This document shows positions 1 to 11,470 of a stretch of 64,000 nucleotides of DNA, in pieces. The DNA lies in NCBI GenBank assembly GCA_030704615.1, contig CM060732.1, positions 74,896,001-74,960,000 of the forward strand, read 5' to 3'. This DNA comes from Takakia lepidozioides. Taxonomy: Eukaryota; Plantae; Bryophyta. The notes beneath the pieces are model-generated. The model searched no databases. It was not told the DNA's origin and was given only the letters and a program-made list of their open reading frames with translations. The translations under genes were made by a program, and so were the position numbers. Each line of letters begins with the position of its first letter. Position 1 is the stretch's first letter.

Positions 1-2363
1 TTTCAGCCAAGCGCGGCGAACATGCCAAAGGCATAGAAATATTGCTACGTCCCCAAACGATTCCCTGCATGCACACACATCAAATGCCACCCAATCCATC
101 AGTGTAACTCTTGTCAGTATAACTCTTATCAGAGGAACTCTTCGCAGTGTAACTCGTAGAAGTGTAACTCTTCAAAGTGTCACTCTTAGTAGTGTGACTC
201 ATGTAACCCCTCGTGCATCTGGTCATGTAACTATCAGTGAAACTCACAGCAGTGTAACCCAACACATATAACCCCTCGCAGCGCTGTAACGCAATCCATG
301 TTACACCGTGTAACTCTCAGAGCGACCCAACCCATACAACCCTCTGCGATGCTCCCAGTGTAACTCACAGGCTATAGCAGTGCAACCTAATCCATGCAGG
401 ACTGCAGATGACACGCCGTGTAACTCGCAGTGTAACCCTCTGTCTACCTCATAGCAGTGTAACCCTCGGTCTAACTCACATCAGTGTAACCCTCCGTCCA
501 ACTCAAGGCAGTATAACCATCTGTCTAACTGGTAACCCTCAGTGTAACAGACAGCACTGCAACCCAATCCATGTAACCCCTCAAGCAACTGACAGTGTAA
601 CTCCAAGTGTTACAGGCAGCAATGCACCCCCTCGTGTAACTGGCAGTTTAACTCTTACTGTGATTCTCAGTGTAACTAGCAGTAGTGTAGCCCGATCCAT
701 AAAACCCCTCGTGCATGCAACTTGTAGTGTGAATTACTGTGTGACTCAGAACATTGTAACTTCTAGCCATGTACCTGATAACATTGATTTCTGCGTCTGC
801 ATCGTCGACAACAAAAGCATTTGGCCTCCAATCTGGTTTGCTCTGAAGAAGTCGGTCGCGAAGACGTTTTATCCAGGGGCTCAGGTCAGTCGTTTTGTTT
901 CTCGCTGATATAATATAAGCAACAGATATGCCGTTGAGCCATTTGTCGAACACCATCATGGTATACATTGGGAACTGCAATGTCGCAATGGTACAAAATG
1001 AATAAGGTGAGTGTTATAATATTGGCAACAGTTGCATGGCACTCACATTTCAGAATGCAATGAAAGGTAAAGCGTGACACGAATACCTTATTTTCGTTGG
1101 TCCCAAATATTGCATCGCATGATACCACACGGTTGTGTCCCAGGTCGATCATTTTCTGTTTTTGCCACTCCGTTTGTATTCCAATTACGAACTTCAAATC
1201 ACCCGCCACTGGCGCTGTCTCTTCATGGTAGAAGAAGACGCTTTCAGGATTGCTATCGACCCACATACGTACACTTTGTGCATTATCTGGATGTTTTTTG
1301 TAACTCTCAATCGCAAGCTTATCGGCAATGTTTCTCACGTCGTACTCGAACAAGAAACAATCGCGACTCCACTCCATGCCTGGCTGAGACGCACAAGCTT
1401 CCTGGAGCTGTTGAGTGTGTTGTGTCATAATCATAGCTGGAGATAGGCCACTGCGAAGACTATCGACGATCCATTGTTTCATATCTTGGCTGAGACAAGG
1501 GGCATGCACGAATCGCGAGAAATGGGAAGAGGGGTCAGCTGAACCATGACATGGCTTTCCTTTTGCATCCACATGCTGTTTCTGGAAGTATGTGATGATT
1601 GCCAACTATGAATCTAGAAAACACTGGCCAACTTTGAAGTTACACGTACACCCACGTTTGTATGATTCTCCGAAATCCGCTGCCTTACGTCTGATTCGCT
1701 TGACTGGTTTTTGATTATCGGAGGCTGCTATCGGTTTTTCTTTCTTCTTCACAATCGGCGGGTCTGTGCGCCTATCTATCGAGCCGTAGCAGCAGTGGTA
1801 CCTGCAAAAAAAGCATATAAAGCGAGGAGGGTTACCGCCATATACGACTTTGCTAGGCCAGCAGAAAGAAGTGGGGCTGGGAATGTTATACAACCCTCAT
1901 AAGTGACTTACTTATGCCACTGACGATAACTGTTTGCACGCGGTGTTGTCAAATCTGGCAACTCACGGTACCTTCGATCTTGAACATAAAATTGGGTCTT
2001 CCCATCCACTCTACTCTTTTCTCCCTCCAGAAAATCAGGAATGCGAGACCATGGAACGACAGCTACTTCGATGGATATCCGTTTCCCTTTTCCCTGGGAA
2101 ACCTGGCGTATCCAACGGAGGTTTGTGTGATTGAAAAGCCCGTCTATGGGCAGCTGTAGGATGCATTTCAAATGAGATACCAAATGCTGCAAATGACAGA
2201 GTTCTCCCGCCTCATCTTTCAAACCATTTGATTCCAATGCTGCTTTGCGTTCCTCGTCTAGCACCTTCGCGGCAGTACATGCCATTAGCAGCAACAGTAC
2301 CACTAGTACAGTACAAATCGCATAACACACGCGGGCAACGCAGCGGAGCCCTCGGGACTGCAC
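1..2363 (-). pseudogene. MULE/Mutator-type DDE transposase gene (SWIM zinc-finger/At4g13970-like family), spliced, one in-frame stop, runs off the window start
   Basis: Exons ~2363-1912, 1801-1087, 974-775 and 64-<1 join through GT-AG introns. They give YHCCYG...KRGCTCNF...HVDAKGKPCHG...IGIQTEWQ...SCDAIFGTN...FVVDDADAE...FLCLWHVRRAWLK, i.e. two catalytic Asp regions plus the MULE CxxH motif. In-frame TAG at 1606-1608. The start codon is uncertain. Confidence 0.85.
80..765. repeat. Degenerate TGTAACCC/TGTAACTC motif array inside the transposase intron (65-774)
   Basis: Dozens of gtgtaactc/tgtaaccc units on the + strand; reverse complement of the 2.5-4.76 kb array. Confidence 0.85.
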
Positions 2364-2499
2364 GTCGTCTACGCACCTGGTGAAAATGACGAGCGATGAT
2401 GGAGTTACACGTGGGTTTTGATGTCACCGAATCGTGTAACCCAGGTTTGAATTCAAAATATCTGACACCTCTTGGAGCCCGCCAATTTTTGCCGGGCAC

Positions 2500-4760
2500 C
2501 AAGGGGCTACACGAACAGGGGTGACATGCGTTGGGGATAAAAGATTCGGGGTGACACGAGCTATGAGTGACACAATCGGGGGTTACACGGAGGGGATTGA
2601 TACAGTATCGGGGTTACATGGTGGGGTTACAATGTGAGAGTTGCACAATGAGGGTTACATGAGGCGGAGCTAAAGGGCTGACGTGCAGAGGGTTACAGGG
2701 ATGATGGGGTTACGAGGAACTGGAATTACACGGAGAGGGGTATATGGGATAACATGATACAAGCTTACATTGGGGTTACACGATGCAGGATAACATGGAG
2801 TGAGGGTTACACCCCGCGGAGTAACAGAGGGTTACATGGGTTACAAAGGGTTAGAGAGGGTCATGGGATTACATGGGTTACAGAGGGTGACATAGGGTTA
2901 CATGGGAGGGTTACATGGAGTGAGGGTGACACTCAGCGGTGTTACAGAGGGATAAACGGGTTACGGAGGGTTACATGGTGGTGAGGGTTACACCTGGTGA
3001 GGGTTACAGAGGGTCACAGAGGGTTACATGGAGTGAGGTTACACAGGGGTGAGGGTGACACTCTACGGTATTACTGAGGAACTGAGGGTTACATGGTGGT
3101 GAAGGTGGTGAGGGTTATAGAGGGTCACAGAGGGTTACAGAGGGTCAGAGAGGGTTACATGGAGTGAGGGTTACATGGGTTACACAGGGTCACAGAGGGT
3201 TACACGGGTTACACAGGGTCACAGAGGATTACATGGGTTACAAGGAGTGAGGGATGCATAGGGATGGGGGTGACACTCGGCGGTGTTACAGAGGGTTACA
3301 TGGTGATAAGGGTTACACCTAGTGAGGGATATAGAGGGTCACAGAGGGTTACATGGGTTACAGAGGGTTACAGAGGGTCAGAGAGGGTTACATGGAGTGA
3401 GGATTACATAGGGGTGAGGGTGACATTCTGCGGTGTTACAGAGGGTTACATGGTGGTGAGGGTTACAAAGGGTCACAGAGGGTTACATGGGTTACAGAGG
3501 GTTACATGGAGTGAGAGTTACATAAGGGGTGATGATGACACTCTACGGTGTTACAGAGGATTACATGGGTTATAGAGCCACGGAGGGTCATAGAGGGTTA
3601 CATGGAGTGAGGGTTACATGGGGATGAGGGTGACACTCTGCGGTGTCACAAAGGGTTTGTGTGGGTTACGGAGGGTTACATGGTGGCGAGGGTGACACTC
3701 TGCGGTGTTACAGAGGGTTACATGGTGGTAAGGGTTACACCTGGTGAGGGATATAGAGGGTCACAGAGGGTTACATGGGTTACAGAGGGTTACAGAGGGT
3801 CAGAGAGGGTTACATGGAGTGAGGGTTACATAGGGGTGAGGGTGACATTCTGCGGTGTTACAGAGGGTTACATGGTGGTGAGGGTTACAAAGGGTCACAG
3901 AGGGTTACATGGGTTACAGAGGGTTACATGGAGTGAGAGTTACATAAGGGGTGAGGGTGACACTCCGCGGTGTTACAGAGGGTTACATGGGTTACAGAGC
4001 CACAGAGGATTTGTGAGGGTTACATGGGGATGAGGGTGACACTCTGTGGTGTCACAGAGGGTTTGTGAGGGTTACGGAGGGTTACATGGTGGCGAGGGTG
4101 ACACTCTGCGGTGTTACAGAGGGTTATATGGTGGTAAGGGTTACACTTGGTGAGGGATATAGAGGGTCACAGAGGGTTACATGGGTTACAGAGGGTTACA
4201 TGGTGGTGAGGGTTACCGAGGGTCAGAGAGGGTTACATGGAGTGAGGGTTACATATGGGTGAGGGTGACACTCTGTGGTGTTACAGAGGGTTACATGGTG
4301 GTGAGGGTTACAAAGGGTCACAGAGGGTTACATGGGTTATAGAGGGTCACAGAGGATTACATGGGTTACAAAGGGTTACAAAGGGTTACATGGAGTGAGG
4401 GTTACACTCTGCGGTGTTACAGAGGGTTACATGTAGTGAGGGTTACATAGGGGTGGGGGTGACACTCTGCGGTGTTATAGAGGGTTACATGTAGTGAGGG
4501 TTACATAGGGGTGGGGGTGACACTCTGCGGTGTTATAGAGGGTTACATGTGTTACAGAGGGTTACATGTAGTGAGGGTTACATAGGGGTGGGGGTGACAC
4601 TCTGCGGTGTTACAGAGGGTTACATGGTGGTGAGGGTTACAGAGGGTCATGGGGTTATATGGGTTACAGAGGGTTACGTGGTGGTGTGGGTTACACTCGG
4701 CGGAATTACAGAGGGTTACATGGGGGTGATGGTTGAACCCGGGGCGGGGGTTACAGGGAA
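2500..4760. repeat. GGGTTACA/GAGGGTTACATGG minisatellite array, subterminal region of the MULE-like element
   Basis: About 2.2 kb of near-continuous gagggttaca/gggtgacactc units with higher-order blocks, e.g. ~3280-3560 repeated at ~3700-3980. Confidence 0.95.
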
Positions 4761-5005
4761 TTGGCGGACTGTTGAAAGCGGCGGATTGGTGTCGCAGAAC
4801 GACGACGCAGGGGGCGACGACGCGCCTGGGGCGACGACGCCGATGGGATGAGGGCGGGGGTGGGGAGGGATTGACCGAGCCCAGCCGGCTGCCTTTCGAT
4901 GTCTGCGGGAGGCGAAGAACCGGCGGTACGGGTGTCAGGGCTGGACCGTCCTGACGAGCTTGCATTAAGTTCTTACATTATTCCTATTATCTTCCTATAT
5001 ATATA

Positions 5006-5063
5006 TAACCGGTCTAATAACAGGCGGTTATAACCGGCCAAAGTTCATAACCGCCCAACACTG
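5006..5063 (-). mobile_element. Probable hAT-type MITE terminus (CAGTGTTGGGCGGTTATG...) with repeated AACCG/CGGTT motifs
   Basis: CAGTG-starting end on the minus strand with short internal inverted AACCG motifs; partner end not found. Confidence 0.35.
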
Positions 5064-6501
5064 GTTTCAACCCCCTTCTTGCCTTGGTTTTACAAGCAGT
5101 GTGTTCCGTGGGCGGCCTCTATGGCACTCAGTTGAGGTTATTTTTTCCTCTTGTACCCCAGCCTAGCCACATTCCTTTTATATGAGTTCAAGGACCACTA
5201 TCCCCTTTTCTTAAAAGAAAAAAGAAAAAGAAAAGGGCTCCAAATACACCAACTCCCCCCCCCCCCCCTTAGAGTTCTTTTTTGTTTGTCATATGGACAT
5301 ATTCTTATGCAGTTTATAAAATATAACAGTTATCCAGGGTCATTTAGCAGAGGACAGAAAGGAAAGGAAGTGGAGGGAGTAGAAATTTCTCATAACAAAT
5401 CTCTGTATTGTTTCTCATTGTGAAATACTTGGAAGTAGAAGAAAACTAACATACATAGTGAAAATAACTCTTTTAGAGGTAACATTTGTCCTGGTTTGAC
5501 TGTATCTGGCAGGCTACAGGGTTACACCACCTCCCATTGATGAAATCATACGTACAAGATCATCTCAAGAGTGACCGGTTGTCTAGTCCAGCCTTAAAGG
5601 CACATGAGGGCAATCTCCTTCTGACTGGTTCGGTGGTACTATGGATCGGTCCAGGATCTAGGGTGAAATATTCTACTGCGGCTTTTCGGGGAGTATGAGA
5701 GGTTTGCCTCATCCCTCATTGAGTACGTATAGTGTAATGCCTCAAATCTGGGAATGCCCTCCACTCATGGCATTAGCCTACATAAAGCACGTGAAACCAA
5801 AAAAAGGTACGCCGCCGGAGTGTAATGCACCGCCGTGCATTCCAACGGAGTGTAATGCCCTGCCCTGGCCATGCGATGAATTCTACTTTTTAACAACACG
5901 ATAAATACAAAGAGAAAAAACTGCTTTATGGAGCTGTTGTGTGGCTAATTGAGAAAGGCAACTAGCAGTTAGATATTCTACAGGAAATGATTTCTTAAAT
6001 AGACACTGACGTGGAATTGACCTCAGATTTGCAGAGGTACACAAATGAATTTTTGTTCAATGGGGTAACCGCTCGAGGCACAAAAAACTTTGGATTACTT
6101 TCCTCAGTACAGGGGACCAGACAGACGTATATCCAAGCAGCAGAGCATGGTGGGCAAGTCCTATGCACAGCATCCCTTGGATGAAAAGGCCCACTACATC
6201 CTTATGAATGTCTAGGAATAATGACAGAAGCTCATTCGATCATGCCTGCTGAAGCCTGCCATCAGCAGAGTATCCGTTGTTTTGAATATCAACAAGGAAG
6301 GCTTTAGAGAATTAAGTTCTCTAGCCTTCCATCCAAAACACTAGGGTAAGTTGGCCTATGACCGAACAGGCGTCTATGACCAATCCTCTGACTCAACAGT
6401 ACATCATGGTCAATACTCTCAGGAAATGGTGGATGATCTGAGTAGTTACACAGATCACTGACTGAAGCAAGACACTCGCATCTTTCCAAGAAGACATCCT
6501 T

Positions 6502-9315
6502 TCACCAGTAATCCCCACAAGAACAAATCCCATCTTCAAAGTGGTGAAAGCGGTTGGCGTCCCGTACAACAATTGCTCGGCCAACAATCTTTGAGATGAA
6601 TTTGGTGGAGGTGTGGCAGTCACCACACACTCGAAGATTCTTGATGAGTCGGAGAGGCGTCCTAGGGCTCGTGCTGATCAGCCCAAAACCAATGGCCAGC
6701 TTCTCACTGTGGTGGCAAAGGGAAAATTCCTTTTCCTCCTCCCCCACATCATGTAATACAAAGCGCATGTCAGGCACATACCCCGCCTCCTTCATCTGCC
6801 CAGACAATCTTCTCAGCTCAGCATGGATTTCCTTAATTCTGGGATGCAACTTGTCATCTACAACGAAGGTGTGCACCCTGTTGCCAACCTCAATGCAGCA
6901 GCGACCTGGCTTCTTTCTAACCCCTCTGACCTTCATCATTCTTCTCACCTTTGCAGTATCATCCCACCTGCCAGCTGCAGCATAGATGTTTGATAGCAAC
7001 ACATAAGTCGCGGCATCCTGTTCATCCCACTTGAGGATACATGTGGCCGCACGTTCAGCCATCTCCACGTTGCCATGGATTCTGCAGGCACCAAGCAAGG
7101 CCTTCCACACCACAACATCTGGATTGATTGGCATATTATTAATCAGGTCCACCGCCTCATCCAGTTGTCCCGCACGTCCAAGAAGGTCCACCATGCAGCC
7201 AAAGTGCTTTACTGTCGGAGTGACACCATGATCTTGACTAAGGGAATCAAAGTACCATCTTCCTTCATTCAGTAGGCCAGTGTGGCTGCATGCAGAGAGA
7301 ACACATATAAAGGTGATACTGTCCGGCTTCAAGCCGTTCTTTTGCATTCCTTCAAATAGTTGCTGGACCTCCCTATGACAACCATGCTGGGCATATCCTG
7401 CGATCATCGCGTTCCACGACACCACATCTCGTTCAGCCATACTGTTGAACAATCCCTTTGCATCCTCGATGCACCCACACTTGGCATACATGTCCACCAG
7501 GGCAGTGTTCAGAATGACATCGGGTACAATTCCAGATTTGACGATGTCACCATGGATCTCTTTGCCCTTTTCCAGGGCTGCCAGGCTTGCACATGCATTG
7601 CAAATGCATACAAACGTGATGTGGTGGGGCTTCACCCCTTCCCCTATCATTTGCTCATAGGTCTCCAAAGCCTCCATTCCGCGCCCTTGCTGTGCATATC
7701 CTGCAATCATCGCACTCCACGACACCACATTTCGTTCAGCCATACTGTCAAACACTCCCTTTGCATCCTCGATGCACCCACATTTGGCATACATGTCCAC
7801 CAGGGCAGTGTTCAGAATGACATCAGGTACAATTCCAGATTTGATGATCTCACCATGGATCTCTTTGCCCTTTTCCAGGGCTGCCAGGCTCGCACATGCA
7901 TTGCAAACGCATACAAACGTGATGTGGTCGGGCTTCATCCCTTCCCCCAACATTTGATCATAAGTCTCCAAAGCCTCCATACCACATCCCTGCTGTGCAT
8001 ACCCTGCAAGCATCGCGTTCCACGACACCACATCTCGTTCAGCCATAGTGTTGAAAACTCCCTTCGCATCCTCGATGCACCCACATTTGGCATACATGTC
8101 CACCAGGGCAGTGTTCAGAATGACATCGGGTACAATTCCAGATTTGACGATGTCACCATGGACCTCTTTGCCCTTTTCCAGGGCTGCCAGGCTTGCCTGC
8201 TGTGCATATCCTGCAATCATCGCACTCCACGACACCACATCTCGTTCAGCCATACTGTCAAACACTCCCTTTGCATCCTCGATGCACCCACATTTTACAT
8301 ACATGTCCACCAGGGCAGTGTTCAGAATGACATCGGGTACAATTCCAGATTTGACGATGTCACCATGGACCTCTTTCCCCTTTTCCAGAGCTCCCAGGCT
8401 TGCACATGCATTGCAAACACAAACAAACGTGATGTGGTTGGGCTTCACCCCTTCGTGCAGCATTTGCTCATAGGTCTCCAAAGCATTCCTACCACACCCA
8501 TGCTTGGTAAATCCTGCCAACATTATATTCCACGTGATCAGAGATCGTTCAGGCATTCTGTTGAACACTTGGTGAGCATCCATGATGCTCCCACACTTAA
8601 CATACATGTTGACAAGGGTGTTGAGTAGAAAAACATTTGGCGTGAATCCAGTTTGGATAATGTGAGTGTGCACCTGCTTTCCAGCTTCCAGGCCTTTCAT
8701 CTTGATGCACTTATGCAAGAGACAGACATACGTATCTGAATCTGCTGAAATGCCTCCTTGGTTTAAAGTCTGTAGAGCCTCTTTCAGTCTGCCTGCCTCA
8801 CAAAGCATCTTCACATGCCCAGAAGTGCCAGAAGAGCCATTGTGGACTCCCTCTCTTGATCCTCTTCCAGAAGCTGTGGTCATGGTTGAGGTGCCTGATT
8901 TAATCAACTGTGCCGCTGCAGCTGCTGCTTTTAGTTGACCATCTACCCATGCAGGTTTCTTGTAGTTATTGATCCACAGGGAATCATAGGTAATCTTGTG
9001 CTTGAAATCTGGCCCTCTTGGATGAATCTGGACCCACACTCTATCCCTGCTCCTTCAGCTATCCATGCCTCTGCACAAATCATGCATTCATCCTTGCCTT
9101 GCTGCTAGCAGCTGACAGTGACAGCCTAGATTTGTTCTAGGAAACACCCAACTCAGCTAACCACATTAGTTCCTATGCTCAATTGCATCTGCTACTCTCT
9201 GTAATCCAACAGGCATTCACCTTTTTGCCTCGATTGTCCCACCATTGACTGGGGTAAGAAAGGTATTCATTCCACAGCTTCTCCTCGTCTCTGATACCTG
9301 TTTCTGGATACTTTC
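6502..9315 (-). CDS. PLS-class PPR protein with E1/E2/DYW deaminase domain (organellar C-to-U editing factor) and N-terminal OSB-type PDF motif(s)
   Basis: Main exon 9027-6502 has tandem P-L-S triplets (303-bp period), PG box, HSEKLA...CGDCH and terminal DYW. Upstream exon 9315-9221 (KLWNEYLSYPSQWWDNRGKK) splices in phase 0 via intron 9220-9028 to IHPRGPDFKHKITYDSLWINNYKKPAWVDGQL. Further degenerate exons extend to ~10440; the true start is unresolved. Confidence 0.95.
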
Positions 9316-10325
9316 CTGTTGTCACATTGGCAGTATCATCTCAAAGTCACTCCAAACTATCAAAGGTTCACTCAACCAGCTAACTTGCAGAATTCAACAT
9401 GGAAATTTAGGGCCAATTCTGATAAGAGGGGAAAACAGGCTGAAATGTGTTGAAGAAGGTGCCTTCATTAGCAGTGCCTTGTTCTATCAATTGTGCTGCT
9501 GCCGCTGCTGTTTCCAGTTGACCATCTACCCAAGCAGATTTCTTGTAGCTATTCATCCACAGGGAATCAGAAGTAATCTTGTGTTTGAAATCCGGCCCTC
9601 TTGGATGAATCTGGACCTCTAACCCTGGTCCTTCAGCTATCCCTGCCTGTGTACAAATCATGAATACATCCTCAGCCTTGCTGCTAGCAGCTGACACTGA
9701 CGGCGTGAAGTTCTTCCAGCAACTTTTTGTCTCCATTGTCCCACCATTGACTGGGGTTGGAAAAGTGTTCATTCCAAAGCTTCTCCTCATCTCTGTTATC
9801 TGTTTTTGGATACTTTCCTGCTGCCACATCGGCAGTAACTTGTCAAAGTCACTCCAAACCACCACAGATCCACCCAACGAGCTAACTTACAGAATTCAAT
9901 ACGTATCGAGTGTGATGAGAGGGCAAAACAGGCTGAAATAGGTTGAAGAAGAAGGTGCCCTCACCACATTGTCCTTGACCTTGTGTCAAGACACATGGAG
10001 GATTTGACCGACCATCAACCCAAAAGGACCTCTTGTGTGTGCTGCTTGTGTCTGTAGTCAGGTAATGTCGGATTGGTCTGTGAGAACCACCACGGTGCAG
10101 CTGAGCGGGCAGAGATTGAAACACGGCCTGCTAAGACCAAGCTGACTCTCCCAAGAACCTTGTAAACATCAGGAAGAATACCAAATCATGGTACTAACAG
10201 GAGCCAAGAGCCCACATTTGCAGGATGGACAAACTTCTTCACATCGTACATTAAGAAAAAGCCACACCTTGCGATTGCGGTTGTCCCACCATCGTGAAGG
10301 ATCGTGCCAGCTCTGCTCCGTGCTC
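9020..10325 (-). repeat. Tandem exon-intron modules each encoding a split PDF motif (three copies, upstream two degenerate)
   Basis: WWDN halves at ~9221-9250, ~9725-9750 and ~10268-10295. PDFKHK/PDYRHK halves at ~8990-9027, ~9575-9610 and ~10010-10065. Intron sequences of the two downstream modules are also similar. Confidence 0.85.
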
Positions 10326-10735
10326 CAAGGTAGAGGTTTGTACTGGAAAATCCGAGAGCATCAACATTTTGACAAGGTCCTTTAAGGAGGGGTGCTAGTG
10401 AGCTTTCAACAACATTCATGCAAGTTGTTTTGGGCTCCATTGGGCTCTACACGATGAGGAACAACGAACATGTCCAGACTTACACAGATGCTAACCCGTG
10501 AGAAAACGACCAGGGAGGAAGGCGCTGAGCAGCCAGAGTCTTCTACCCTGGGACTTTTCTCACGTTCCAACAGTCGACCCTGATAAGTGCTACCCTGCTT
10601 TTCTGGTTATGTTGAAATCTTTGCTCTGTAAAAATTTACACTTGAAAATGGCATAAGAGCGTTATTTCATATGTGTTATGGCTCTCCTTAGCACACCTCC
10701 ATAAGTTAGTTGTTAAATCTTATGCCGAGCCTTAA

Positions 10736-11470
10736 CCCCTGACAAAACCCCATGGATGAAGCTGTATCTGACAGATGACATACATCCACAGTACCTACCT
10801 ACTACATGTACCTGCTGACAAAATTAGGGGAGATTTGACCGTCAGAACTGGTAGATTACAACATTTATAGGTGGATTTTGCAAAAACACAGAAATGGAGA
10901 TGGAGAAATGCAGTTTGACCAAGGTCATTGGCCACCTTCCTGATTTTTGCTGAGGCATGGACCTCTACATTCAGTACCCTCCAAATTTGGAGGGATTTCT
11001 CCAAAACTTGCATATTCCTCGTTTGTATGTCCAATAAGAGGGGTACAGGCCCAGTGAAACAACTCCAAGAAATGAAAAAGCTGCTTGGAAGCCAGTGTTT
11101 TTTATGAAATGAAAATTCATGTGGTGGAGTCCTATATTGCAAGAAGACCAAGAGGAATCCCAAAAGATTTTTGGAAAATTCCAAATCCACATGTGTAGAT
11201 GATAATTTTTGTGGGATTTTGAACAATTTCCAGGCCAAGCCAATTGTTGACGCCAGTGACCTGCCAGGTCGGCAAGTCAACCGGCGGTGGAGGGTCCCCA
11301 ACCATGGATTTTGGGGTACTTGCCACCCTGAAAAAATCCTAGCTGCCACACATTTAGGTTTATGGGGGCGCAATGAATTGCCCCATGTGCGTGTTGGGCC
11401 AGCGCAAATTTTTTGTTCAAACACTTCTTTCATCCACTTACCTGATTCAGGTCGCTTGGGCCTTTAGGGG
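10736..11470. mobile_element. Candidate piggyBac-like non-autonomous element
   Basis: TTAA|CCCCT at 10732-10740 and AGGGG|TTAA at 11466-11474. The inverted match is short and there is no coding capacity. Confidence 0.4.

Larger units (their letters stand above)
1..4996 (-). mobile_element. MULE-like DNA transposon, 5' part, ending at a (TA)n tract
   Basis: Transposase gene, subterminal array and GC-rich end, followed by (TA)n at ~4996-5007. The other end lies outside the window, so TIR/TSD cannot be checked. Confidence 0.65.

Noticed and set aside
2500-4760. Possible CRISPR array or true telomere
   Set aside because: No constant repeat with unique spacers, no perfect TTAGGG/TTTAGGG tandem, and eukaryotic interstitial context.
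2754-4851. VTEGY-repeat ORFs
   Set aside because: Translations of the GGGTTACA minisatellite, not plausible proteins.
6502-6900. U-to-C (DYW:KP-type) editing domain
   Set aside because: Both DYW domains have a PG box, HSE and a terminal DYW, typical of C-to-U enzymes.
7360-8628. 422-aa ORF antisense to the PPR gene, and similar antisense ORFs at 33.7-35.9 kb
   Set aside because: Shadow frames propagated by the tandem 303-bp repeat; no independent protein features.
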